DNA of 51,775 nucleotides from a virus. Lineage: Duplodnaviria > Caudoviricetes. The notes beneath the pieces were generated by a model that worked only from the letters and a program-made list of their open reading frames with translations, was not told the origin of the DNA and made no database searches. The stretch lies in IMG/VR virus record IMGVR_UViG_3300029286_000055, positions 1-51,775 of that record, one strand, 5' to 3'. The translations under genes were made by a program, and so were the position numbers. Positions 1 to 10,400 of the stretch are shown here, piece by piece; position 1 is the stretch's first letter; every line of letters starts with the position of its first letter.

Positions 1-26
1 AAGATACTGTAAATTAATTTTTTCAT
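1..26 (-). CDS. 5' fragment of a gene running off the left end (MKKLIYSI...), signal-peptide-like start
   Basis: GGAG-TATTT-ATG immediately after the stop of 36..2939; basic then hydrophobic residues; only 8 full codons visible. Confidence 0.55.
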
Positions 27-35
27 AAATACTCC

Positions 36-2939
36 CTAATCTAAACGATACATGACTTGGAAAGGAACCGTCGAATAAGTGACTGTGCCATTTGTTCCAT
101 ACTGACTACCTACAAACCCTATTGTGCTTGTTGAATCTCCCCTAGCATGGCCATTGATACTATAATCAGAGTTTCTACCGTATAGACCGCCGCCACTTCC
201 TAGATGTGCCTGTGTTAATGAATTTACTGGCTTACTCATAGAGAAACTAAACTGGTAGCCCGTTCCTGTTGGGTTGATTTTCATAGTTAGCCCGCCGCTC
301 ATATACATAATTTTATTTTTTCTATGAAAAACAACATCACTAAGACTTAGGGTGTCTACATGAGTCGTAGAGCTAAACGAAGCCGAATAAGATGAACCAA
401 CATAGTCGATTGATTCAATAACCCAATCGGTCGAATTTGTCGGAGTGTCAACCAAGGCTCTACATTCTATATATCCAAGATAAAGTACCGCAATTTCATT
501 TGCGCCTGAACTTTGCACCGTTATAACATTAGTTGACCTGTTTACTATCTTAAATCTTTCACCCGCCCTGATACCTGTCGTAGGAAGCTTTACAGTAATC
601 GCCCCCGCCGGATTAATTACCTGCACTCTCTTATGATCGTCGGTCAATTGGAATGGAGTTGACCCACCTACCTCTGGGTTTGTTCCAACGTATTCAACAG
701 ATGAAATACCGCCGAGCCATTTTTTAAGACCACTAATAAGCTGCTTTGCCGCGCTTATTAACCCACGAGTCGTGCTATCTGCATCACTCACAGTGTTTGC
801 AATCGTCCTGCAAGCAACAGATATTCTAACAGGAGTAGTAGAGCTTGGCGGCGTTGTTAGTCCGTCCAAGTTTCCTTGGAGATATTTTTGACTGTCGGAA
901 GTTACCCAAACAATGTCACCTGAGATATCGAGAGGGTAAACTTTACCGCTCGAATCTTTTTGCGTCGAAACAATGGCGCGAGGCTCTTCAGGTAAGTACG
1001 TTGGAAAACTTGTTGTAGTCGGTGTTAGTTGTCCCGAAGCATTAAAAATATATTCCGCTTCAAATGAAGCTGCTTGCACTGCATTGTTAAGACCAGTGTT
1101 GAAGAGTTTAATATCAACTTTGTCTGTTGCTCCAAGTTGCGATAAATCTGCAAACATCGAGTTTGGATCAGATTGATCGATAACAACTTTACTTAGGTCT
1201 GAAATTGGATCAAGCCCCAGCGGGAGGTAGTTGAACTCCCATTTTTGCCTTGAAGCTAAAACGTTTTTGTTGTGGTCAATTCTTGTTGAGGCGAGTTTCA
1301 ATATATCGTTATCAGTAAGCAATGCGCCTTTAACAAAGAAAAGATCCTCGATAAGTCCGTCAACATAGTTCGATCCCGATTGATCCCGACCTACGTTTAA
1401 CGTAGCTCCCGATATTCCCGAAGCCTTTACAACAGACAGCTCGCCAACTCTAACACCGTCGATAAATGCGTAGAGCATGTCGAGAGTAGCATTATAAATA
1501 ACCGCGAAGTGATGCCAAGTGTTGTCGGTAAAACTTGGGTTAGCTATTGTCAAAGCCGCCGGTGTTGTTCCCCCATCGGTAGTATCGTCAAACTGAATAG
1601 TTCCGCTTGTATTGATTAAAATAGCTGGCCCATAACTTCCGCTTCGCAGGCATAACATTTTCTTTATTGCCGCTGGGGTATAGTCTGCCATCTTTGCCCA
1701 GAACCCATAGGCATAGTCATCAGTGGAAGCAAGCGAAGCATAGAAAGCATCAGAGCTTGAAAAATAATGCGCCGAGGCACTTGAAAGATTTGCCGCAGTA
1801 TTCGCTTCGCCTAAAATATTTGTTCCTGTGTAAGGTATCGAGTTTGGATTTGCAAGGTTTCTGCTACCATATTCATCGTTCGAATCTTCTCTAAGATTGT
1901 AGAAAGAAAGTTTCGCAGTATCTAAGTGTGCTGCCCTGAAAGATTTAGTCGATAAAACGTGACCTTGCTTTATCTGTCCCGATGTTCCTACGGATGAAAC
2001 GAGTTTGGAAAAATCACCATAGATAAGTGGTGCCTGTGTGACTGGAAGGTTATCATGCCTTCGATATGCGAGCGTTCTAAACGCTGCACCTGTACCGCTC
2101 CAAACGGTGCCAGTTGTTGCGGAAAGAATGATACCGACAGGTAAGTATCTTGCAAGTAAGTTTCCTTCAGGTTTTGTGGTCATTAGAACAAAGTTTGCAA
2201 GCTCAACTTTATAAAGTTTTCTTCCTGTCAAGGCTTCTGTTTGCTCGGCCCCTAAAGAGTCAAGGTCAATATAAAGGTAATATGCTGTTGCATCGGCTGG
2301 ATTGCTTCCAAGGATTGTATCGAGGTTTAATGTAAGATCGGCCCCATAAGTTGTATTGAATGTCGCAAGTTCGCGGCCATCATCAAGAATAATGAACCCA
2401 CCCTTCATAGAGAGGTTTGGATCTGTTATTGATTGGAGTTTAAAAGAGCTGTCCCCAGAGGCCCCAGGTTTCCAAGTGTCGGTAGCGGAATCATAGACCA
2501 GGGCTTGCCCGTCTTCTTTTCCCGCTGTGTTCACGTCGGTAAGTTCGTTAATCTCGATTGGATCATGAACAACTACGAGGCCGAGGTCCACTTGCGCCGC
2601 CGAGTTATTGGTGATTGTCATTTGTTTTAACGTGTCACCAACTTTAGCGATCAATGCGATCTCTGATCTCTTCGGGGTTGTACTCTCTGTTAAAAAAGTA
2701 AGCTCTCCCGTTGATTCGTTCCATGAGTAAAGATCATAACGAAGATTGTTTAGTTCTGTGTTGAAATTATGGTCACAATCAACCGAGGCCGCTGCATCGA
2801 GATTTTGAATATAGAAAAATCTGTCTGCCATGTTGTTACCAAGCTTTACATAAATCGCTTCGATAGACGTATGAAGAGCCGAGCCCCCAGGGGTTCCTAA
2901 CGCTGGGTGATCTAATTCTATTCTTGATACAATGGTCAT
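36..2939 (-). CDS. Tail fibre / receptor-binding protein with LamG (ConA-like lectin) domain
   Basis: Fibre motif ELTDVN..EDGQALVYDSATDTWKPG; LamG signature WHHFAVIY..LYAFIDG..LNVGR..YVDGLIEDL; located after tail-tip genes. Confidence 0.75.
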   Translation of the reverse strand: MTIVSRIELDHPALGTPGGSALHTSIEAIYVKLGNNMADRFFYIQNLDAAASVDCDHNFNTELNNLRYDLYSWNESTGELTFLTESTTPKRSEIALIAKVGDTLKQMTITNNSAAQVDLGLVVVHDPIEINELTDVNTAGKEDGQALVYDSATDTWKPGASGDSSFKLQSITDPNLSMKGGFIILDDGRELATFNTTYGADLTLNLDTILGSNPADATAYYLYIDLDSLGAEQTEALTGRKLYKVELANFVLMTTKPEGNLLARYLPVGIILSATTGTVWSGTGAAFRTLAYRRHDNLPVTQAPLIYGDFSKLVSSVGTSGQIKQGHVLSTKSFRAAHLDTAKLSFYNLREDSNDEYGSRNLANPNSIPYTGTNILGEANTAANLSSASAHYFSSSDAFYASLASTDDYAYGFWAKMADYTPAAIKKMLCLRSGSYGPAILINTSGTIQFDDTTDGGTTPAALTIANPSFTDNTWHHFAVIYNATLDMLYAFIDGVRVGELSVVKASGISGATLNVGRDQSGSNYVDGLIEDLFFVKGALLTDNDILKLASTRIDHNKNVLASRQKWEFNYLPLGLDPISDLSKVVIDQSDPNSMFADLSQLGATDKVDIKLFNTGLNNAVQAASFEAEYIFNASGQLTPTTTSFPTYLPEEPRAIVSTQKDSSGKVYPLDISGDIVWVTSDSQKYLQGNLDGLTTPPSSTTPVRISVACRTIANTVSDADSTTRGLISAAKQLISGLKKWLGGISSVEYVGTNPEVGGSTPFQLTDDHKRVQVINPAGAITVKLPTTGIRAGERFKIVNRSTNVITVQSSGANEIAVLYLGYIECRALVDTPTNSTDWVIESIDYVGSSYSASFSSTTHVDTLSLSDVVFHRKNKIMYMSGGLTMKINPTGTGYQFSFSMSKPVNSLTQAHLGSGGGLYGRNSDYSINGHARGDSTSTIGFVGSQYGTNGTVTYSTVPFQVMYRLD

Positions 2940-2941
2940 GG

Positions 2942-3382
2942 TTAAACTCCTAATTTATGCTCGTGTAGGTCGAATTTTTTCTCATTGGCTGTTAAAGGGG
3001 CTCTTTCGATTCTCCCGTCAACATAAACAGTAATCTTCTCATCTCTTGTTAGAATTGCCATGCCCCCGAAATGTCCTTTAGGGGTCACGGTTCCATGATG
3101 CCCAATAGCTCTTGGAATCTTCGCGTAAGCAACCACCTGGCATGTGGCGTAATCTTGCCCTGGGCATTCTAAAAGGGTCACTTGTTCGCTTGTGTAAATG
3201 TTTTCCCCCTCGATTGCGGCCCTAATCAGCCCATCTTTTTTAACGCTCCAAGCCGAATCTTGAGGAAGAGGGCTGGCATTATTCCAAACACCCACCCTTG
3301 CTTTTTTATCTGCGAAGTCAAAACGCCATCTAAGCCTGTAGTAAGTCTTCGGGATAGCGTTGCTTATTGAAGCTTCTGTCAT
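2942..3382 (-). CDS. Hypothetical protein (tail region)
   Basis: 146-aa ORF tightly packed in the operon; no motif recognised. Confidence 0.6.
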   Translation of the reverse strand: MTEASISNAIPKTYYRLRWRFDFADKKARVGVWNNASPLPQDSAWSVKKDGLIRAAIEGENIYTSEQVTLLECPGQDYATCQVVAYAKIPRAIGHHGTVTPKGHFGGMAILTRDEKITVYVDGRIERAPLTANEKKFDLHEHKLGV

Positions 3383-3393
3383 GGTAAGGCTCT

Positions 3394-4065
3394 TTATGCT
3401 GTGTAAGAATACTTAACTACCCAATCTGATTGGATAATTCCCCCGTCACTAGCCGCAGTTTCGAGGTACAGTCTTAGCTTTTGCAGGGCAGTATCACCTA
3501 AAACCGTGTCCCCAGCTTTCCCAATCTTCCCTGTTACGGGGGTTGTTGCATCAACGGGCGTTCCTGAATTGTTGTAGAGGCATGAATCAACATGAAGAGC
3601 AAAGGCAGTGGCGAGGCTTATTCCCTCTTGACCACTTCCGTAGTCTTTCCCATATATTTTCACCTGGGCTCTTGTTCCATTGAAAGCATTTGCCCCAAGG
3701 GTTCCCCCAATATCGGCGTCTTGTTCCACACGAAGACCGCCCGAAAGTCCATCGGCGTTGTTCGCGCTGTTTCCAGAGGCCGCGCCCTTTGATTTCATGG
3801 TTGCATAGTCGATAGCTGCGGTTTGTGCGCCTCCATATGTTTGCGAAAACTCTGCAATGAATGTTCCAACGTCCACGATTGGATCAATAGTGGCGTTGTG
3901 TTTGATATATAAATTTTGCCATCCGGTGTTAGAAGCCTTTAAAATTATTGGGCAATATTCTCCGTTCACAACTGAACCAAGATCAACGCCGCTTCCCCCA
4001 CCCGCCAATGCGTCTGCTACTCCCGAACCACCCAAAGTTTTAGATACTGTTAAATTAACGCTCAT
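3394..4065 (-). CDS. Putative virion/tail structural protein
   Basis: Gly/Ala/Thr-rich and beta-like; GGAG RBS; tail-tip context. Confidence 0.55.
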   Translation of the reverse strand: MSVNLTVSKTLGGSGVADALAGGGSGVDLGSVVNGEYCPIILKASNTGWQNLYIKHNATIDPIVDVGTFIAEFSQTYGGAQTAAIDYATMKSKGAASGNSANNADGLSGGLRVEQDADIGGTLGANAFNGTRAQVKIYGKDYGSGQEGISLATAFALHVDSCLYNNSGTPVDATTPVTGKIGKAGDTVLGDTALQKLRLYLETAASDGGIIQSDWVVKYSYTA

Positions 4066-4083
4066 TCTAATGACTCCTTAAAA

Positions 4084-5790
4084 TTATGTTTCTTCGTCAA
4101 TAGTGGCACTATAACCGCCCACCGTTCCTGAGTACCCTGGCTCGTATCCTGAAAATGGGCACATTTGCATTGACCAAACTTTCATTGGTACATTAAGCCC
4201 TTTGGGATCATATCCAATTTTTCTAATCATCATTGGTACATCTTCGTACTTTATTGAACCAAGATCAATATTGACTTTTATGAATTGGCCTAAATCTAGT
4301 TTAGCAGCCCTCGAAGTAAGAGTCATCTCTATTAGCTCAGAACTTGAAGAAGCAAGCTTTATCATCTCTTTTAGATTTAAGATAACATCGGCCTCAACAT
4401 AAAAGTTTGGAAAGATTGCGCTTTTAGATATTTCTTTTCCCATTTGCGTTACAGCAAGGGCATTTTTGTAAAACGAAGTCTGCCTAGAATTGGCGTTTAG
4501 CCTTGGGTCAAAGTTGTAATCGGCCCTTGCCCTATTCCATATGTTTTGATCGTCCAAAGAAGGGGTAAGTGTTCCCGCAGCTATGTCCCAATTTTTCGCT
4601 GTGAAGCTTGGGGATGCAACAAACTCATCAAAGTGAATAGCAAAGAGCTTAAGCTTTAGACTTCTATCAATAAACATCTCAAGCCTTGCCTGTTCTAAAA
4701 GGGAAAGAACATATTGCACAAGGTCTTGTTGCTCTTGAATCCAAACCCTGCTTTTAAACGTCGAAATCGCGCTCTCTGCGGGCGAGGCTTTATCTCGATA
4801 CGTTGTCCAGTTCGATGCGAAATCACCGCCCGCAACCCCGCCATAAGTCTCTAAAATGTCTTTTGCTTGGGATACTATATTGTCGTCGTAAGACCCCAGG
4901 GTTTTACCTTTTACTTGGACAAAGAAGGTATCGCCTTTTTCATATCTAAACGGGGTCCCATCAATAAGAGTTGTCCCACCTGACCCATCTTGCTTTATAG
5001 AAAAGGCTCTGTTTCCTGGTATTATGTTAATGTCAGCAACATCGAACAAATAAAACGTATCCCCTCGGTAAACATAAACCTTTGCAGTATCAAAAAAGAA
5101 ATTGTCATTATCAGAAATTACCATTTCCATAGCAAGAGTACCGTCGATAACATTTGGATGCGCCCCGTTTATCGAGAAAGCAGGAACCGAGGCCCCTCTT
5201 GCATCAACGTTTACTGTCCAATCTCCATAGATTATTGGTATCACAATCCCTATATTTTCTTCTTCCACGTAGGGGAAAGTGGTGCGAGTAAACACGGCGT
5301 TAGGAAATTTTTTATTGAGAGAGTCAAATTTATCTCTTGCTATAAGTGTCATCCCTTCCCTGTTTCTCTGAGCCCCACCGATATCAGTTATCTGACCTTT
5401 GAAAAGAGTTTTATAGGTACTCGAAACATCTCTAAGGCCCATTTTTATCTCGATTGATTTGCCGATCCATCCAAGATAGTTCGCACCGCCCTGTAAGATA
5501 TTGTTAAATCTTCCCGCGACGTTCGAAATAAAAAGTTGAAGGGTTGAAAACTCTAGCGTTGGGCTAAGCCAATCGCCGAGGGTTCTTTCGATAACGGGGA
5601 ATTGTGTTAGGGCTTGATAAAAAGTTGATCCAACATATTTGTTGCGGTCAGAAATACGAAGCGTAGAAACGGGGCCCTCAACATCAGCTATCATCTCAAG
5701 CTTAGAGTCAAGGTTATCATGACAATCATCCAAAAAGTTTTGGTCAAGCGTTGTCGCTGTTAAATATGGCCTTCTGTCGCTAGTTCCCAC
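4084..5790 (-). CDS. Putative tail tip / hub protein
   Basis: 568 aa, after the tape measure and Dit-like genes; IPIIYGDW and LFKGQITD segments typical of siphophage tail-tip proteins. Confidence 0.6.
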   Translation of the reverse strand: MGTSDRRPYLTATTLDQNFLDDCHDNLDSKLEMIADVEGPVSTLRISDRNKYVGSTFYQALTQFPVIERTLGDWLSPTLEFSTLQLFISNVAGRFNNILQGGANYLGWIGKSIEIKMGLRDVSSTYKTLFKGQITDIGGAQRNREGMTLIARDKFDSLNKKFPNAVFTRTTFPYVEEENIGIVIPIIYGDWTVNVDARGASVPAFSINGAHPNVIDGTLAMEMVISDNDNFFFDTAKVYVYRGDTFYLFDVADINIIPGNRAFSIKQDGSGGTTLIDGTPFRYEKGDTFFVQVKGKTLGSYDDNIVSQAKDILETYGGVAGGDFASNWTTYRDKASPAESAISTFKSRVWIQEQQDLVQYVLSLLEQARLEMFIDRSLKLKLFAIHFDEFVASPSFTAKNWDIAAGTLTPSLDDQNIWNRARADYNFDPRLNANSRQTSFYKNALAVTQMGKEISKSAIFPNFYVEADVILNLKEMIKLASSSSELIEMTLTSRAAKLDLGQFIKVNIDLGSIKYEDVPMMIRKIGYDPKGLNVPMKVWSMQMCPFSGYEPGYSGTVGGYSATIDEET

Positions 5791-5941
5791 TTGCTGCCCT
5801 CGCCGCTAAATTCTTTGTTATCTCTTCGAACTTCTCAGAAAGTTTTAGAAGCAAAATTATTTGCTCTTTTGTAAATGGCTGCCTTAAAAGATTCATCATT
5901 GCGTGATGAAAGTCAGCTAGGGCTTGGTCTGTTTTACTCAT
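5780..5941 (-). CDS. Small hypothetical protein, 53 aa (MSKTDQALADFHHAMM...), not in ORF track
   Basis: Translated by hand; ATGA overlap with the upstream stop; fills the gap between tail genes. Confidence 0.6.
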   Translation of the reverse strand: MSKTDQALADFHHAMMNLLRQPFTKEQIILLLKLSEKFEEITKNLAARAASGN

Positions 5942-7467
5942 GCGCTTTCATCCCATTCTAAGTCAAAGTCCATATAACTTAGCCTCTCTTCGAGGTCGTT
6001 AAAGGTGATTTCTGGAAGGGCTGTGAGTTTTGCAAACACTGCGAACCTAGAAGGATATTCGGGCGTCGGTATAACAAGGCACTTAAGACTTGTTCGAGCA
6101 TAACTCATCATGTCTCTAAGCATCCCATAATTACCCATGAAGTAATTTAGCTGACCAAACTTAAGTCTCAAAAACTTTTTGAGGGCCCTATCGTTACTAT
6201 CGGTTGTAAATCCTTCGGTCTGCAATTGATCTTTAAAATGTCTCTGGCCCCATACAATAGGATTCGTAAACGACTCAGCTACGCTGAACATATTCGCCGC
6301 GCCAAATATTATTGTACCAATCGTGAGATACCCAGCGGGGTTGGTAATGTCTTGGATGACAAAACGCCAATATCTATTTTGGCCCGCTACGTTAGGAAGA
6401 CTTGGGGCGATCCAATACATGTTTTCTGTTTCTACCGTCATGTCAAAGGTAATATCGGGGGGCGTTGCGAAATTATCTTTCGACCCTTGAACTTGTACCG
6501 TAGCTGACCTTGTGAAGTTGTGATTTAGGATTGCAATAGTGTCAACCGGAACCCCCTGGGGTAAACCTGTGTCACAAGTTAGATTAACAAGGGTTGCGGT
6601 TGTGCTTTTGTACACTTGTTCGACAATATCTGTGTTGAGGTTATCGGTGCCAAAATCCCCCGAAGCTGCGATCGGGTCCGATACCCAATTGCCTGATGTA
6701 ACGCCCCGCGATGGGAAGTCACAAAGAACTCGGAGTTGCGTAGCATTATAAATAACCATTGTCATCTGTAGGCCGTATGATTCTCGTTTCATCATTGTGG
6801 CCTGAATGCCGTAAGCCCTATCGTCGTTAATGATCATTCGAGCTTGTATGCCTGTACTTGGGCTAGATCCAATAAATTGGTTCGCCTGAAGTCCAAAATC
6901 ATCTTGTACCCTTAAAGATTGAAGGGCTTGGATACCGACAAAGGCTTTCATGCAATCAATAAAGTAGGGCCCCTCAAGATATGGCCCATATAGATAAACT
7001 TCGTCGCACATAGCGTGTCTAAGAGTGTCGAAAGTGGCTTGGATACCTAGCGAGGGGCTATCCCCCACGCTCATCTCGGCTTGAATACCTACGGGAAAGT
7101 CTCTATCAACTATATTCATTTCAGCTTGGATGCCGAAAACACTCTCAGCATAAAGCATCATCTCAGCTTGAAGGCCGTAAGCTGTTTCCTCTGCTATAGA
7201 CATATTGGCTTGTATGCCTATTGGCTCTTCCACGGAAGCAAGCTGCAAATTTGCTTGAATGCCTATCGCATTCTCGGCGTCAATAATCATCTCACCTTGA
7301 AGCCCTATCGCATCCTCATCAGCAATAACCATTTCAGCTTGAAGGCCGAAAGTCTCTTGCTTCTGAATGATCATGTTTGCCTGTATGCCCGCCTCGAGAG
7401 ATATTTCACCCGATAGGTACGGGTCATCTAAATAATCTCGCTCTTGATATCCTCTTTCTGTTACCAT
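5938..7467 (-). CDS. Putative distal tail (Dit-like) protein with N-terminal G[IL]QAxM repeats
   Basis: Directly after the tape measure; about 14 repeats, then a beta-sandwich-like part (IAILNHNF, RYWRFVI). Confidence 0.55.
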   Translation of the reverse strand: MVTERGYQERDYLDDPYLSGEISLEAGIQANMIIQKQETFGLQAEMVIADEDAIGLQGEMIIDAENAIGIQANLQLASVEEPIGIQANMSIAEETAYGLQAEMMLYAESVFGIQAEMNIVDRDFPVGIQAEMSVGDSPSLGIQATFDTLRHAMCDEVYLYGPYLEGPYFIDCMKAFVGIQALQSLRVQDDFGLQANQFIGSSPSTGIQARMIINDDRAYGIQATMMKRESYGLQMTMVIYNATQLRVLCDFPSRGVTSGNWVSDPIAASGDFGTDNLNTDIVEQVYKSTTATLVNLTCDTGLPQGVPVDTIAILNHNFTRSATVQVQGSKDNFATPPDITFDMTVETENMYWIAPSLPNVAGQNRYWRFVIQDITNPAGYLTIGTIIFGAANMFSVAESFTNPIVWGQRHFKDQLQTEGFTTDSNDRALKKFLRLKFGQLNYFMGNYGMLRDMMSYARTSLKCLVIPTPEYPSRFAVFAKLTALPEITFNDLEERLSYMDFDLEWDESA

Positions 7468-10400
7468 TATGCTCTTACTCCCTTAAGACTAAGTACAAAG
7501 CGGCCATCTTGAGACTTACGCTTAAGCTCACGCTCTAAGGCTGGCAATACTTCTCTTCTCATCGAATCCGCATCTAAGTTTGTTTTCGCATTGATTGTTA
7601 TGTTTTCAATGTTGATGTTCCCACCGCTAAACGAAGGCGATTCGCCGTTGTTAATTCTCGTCAAGAGCCCCATATTTCTTCTGGTATCATCTCGATTCAC
7701 AACAAACTCGCCTTTATGGCCCACCATTGGAACACCTTCTCCGATTATTCCCCCGTCTGCGAATTTGTTGGCTTCAAACATTTTTAAAACAGATACCATT
7801 GCTTGCTCTCTAACCTGTTTCCATAGTTCTTCTGGGTTAAGATATCTAAGAATTTTAGACCCCTCTTCCCATGTCTTAGACCAGGCATTTCTTGCGCCTT
7901 CCTCTAAATTATTCCATGCGTCCTGTGCCATAGCTCCATTTCTGCTTATGGCTATCATAACCTGTTCACCTACAACCTCTGATATTGGCCCAAGAATCTC
8001 TTGCACCCCACCAAATAAACTGTCGAATCCACCTGTAATACCTCCCCACACATCCCCTAAAGTCCCCTCGGCAAACTTGGGTATCTCTCCATTTAGAATT
8101 TTTGCCACTAATTTAGCTACTCTTGGATTAGACATTAAACTTCTTGGTATTATCGCCTCACCTGGGGATACATATGCCAAAATCCTATCATTGGCCTCTG
8201 AGTCGCCAGGAACCATAGCTTTCCCCGCTACCAATCCCCCCTGAGCAAAACTAACCATTGGGACATCTATACCAAGAATAGTTTCCACTGCTCCTTGGCC
8301 GGACCACCCATCGGGGAGTTTAAAAATCTTTTCTAGCAGATTCGCTGGATTTAAATCGTTAAACAAATCAGTAAAAAATGTGCTTAGCCCGCTAAGCCCA
8401 CTTAATAATCCCTGCCATATATCATCTCCAATATCTGTAAAAAAGCTTGGTATTTTCTCTAGGGCTGCTTTAAACCCCTCCCAAATTCCTTTACCAAGTC
8501 CCGCAATAGTTCCTGCAAAATCTCCTAACAGATTAGCGGCTTTTTCCCAAATTTTTGATAGGCCCGAAGTAAGAGGGGTGACAATATTATCCATAACCCA
8601 CTTCCACGCCGCAGAAATCCCTGTAGTAAGTGGGGTAATAATGTTATCCATAACCCACTGCCACACTGATCTAAGCGCATTTAATATTGGGTCTATTATA
8701 TTGGTTCTTATCCACTGCCAAGCTTCCTTTAGTTTGTCCCAGAGCCCTTGGATTTTTACCGCTGCGATATTTACCGATGATATGATTGCTTCTCTTAACC
8801 TATCGGCTGTATCAATCGCCCTTCCTTCCATCGCAAGTTCTGTTACTTGGAAAACTTGGCTTGCTGATTTGGCAATGTTCTCTAAAAAGTCTGTTGCTTC
8901 CTCTGCGATCTTTTCGGGCATGTCTGTCAGACTAGATGGAAGTGAAATACCGCCGCCGAATAGATAAGATGCGAAATCTTTAACCACGTTAGCTAGACCC
9001 TCTGCTACCCCTTGGACAAATGCCATAGCAATTTTAGGCATGGCTTTGATAAGCTCGCCCGCGATCTTAAAGATCCCACCTTTTCTTATAAGCTCGTCCA
9101 CTAAGACAATAGCAATTTGTCCCGTCGCTGTTAGAAGCCCACGAACAAGGGCCAAAACAATCTCATCAGCATTGCGGGCAATTTCCGCAAAGGTCTGCGG
9201 CAAAGTGGCTACTACTTTTTGGACCAAAACCGGTAAGGCTTGGAAGAATTTGTCTATTACTTTCGGGGCGTTAGAGAGCAAGGCCGCCGTAATTTCCGGT
9301 ATCCGTTCGATCAAAGAAGAAAAAATAAACGGGGCCCGTTCAATGATCTTTCCCAGGGCTGAAAGCAGTACCCTACTCAGCTCTGGAAGTTTCGAGGCAA
9401 TCGAATCAATTATACTTGGGAGTTTTGCGAGCAATCGATCTATGGCCGATGGAAGACTTGAAAGCATCTTACCAATGATTGAATCTAGTTTCGAAAAAGC
9501 TTTTACAAGCTCGTTTGGAAGGTCTGCCAAAAACTCTGCCATATCGACAAACTGGCTAATAACTCTTGGATCAAAAAACATCGCAGCCGTTTCGAAGAAA
9601 GTTAAAACGACTGTCCATAAATCATTTAGTGATATTTTTGATATCCATTCTACCGCTTTAGCCCACAACATTTTTGCAAAATCACCGGCCAAAGAAAACA
9701 AAGATTCCCCCATTTGAGAAATAGAGATACTTGAAACAGCATCGATAACACTCCCACTTTTATCATACATGTCCGAAATAGCTTGCATCCCTTCAGTAAC
9801 ACCTATAGTTAACTCTTCCCCAGATGGTATTTCCCCAAATATTTCACCAAGAGAAATTGATCCAAATCCCAGGGCTCCTTTTTTTAGATCTGCTTGTGCG
9901 TCAATTGCTGCTATATAGTTGTCCAGTATTTCCTTTGTCGCGTCGTCTAATCTTCCAAGCCCTAACAGTTGCTCTCTTAAAACAACTGCCCCCTCTTTTG
10001 CTTTTTCTTTTTCTAAATCAATAAACGTTCGTTCTGTTACATTTTGCTTTTGTAGTTCAAGATTAATGTCTCTTGTTTTTTCTTTGTAGCGTTTTAATTC
10101 CTCGTTGAAATCGCCTAACGATTCTTTAAGCTTTTTAAGGGTTTCCGCTTGAATTGCTGCTTTTTCAGCTTTTTGTAACTCGTTTCGGTATTCCTCAATT
10201 AATTTCTTTTGGCTCTTAGTTAGATTACCTAACAAAGATAATCCACGCACATGGGCCTCAAACATCGAGGTACGTTTTTTAAATTCCCCTTGAATAGCTT
10301 CAATTGATTCCCCCGCATTTTTTAGCTCTTCGATTCTTAATGTTTGTAGCTCGTCAGATATTTCCTTAAATCTTCCAAGTTTTATTCTCTCCATATCAAT

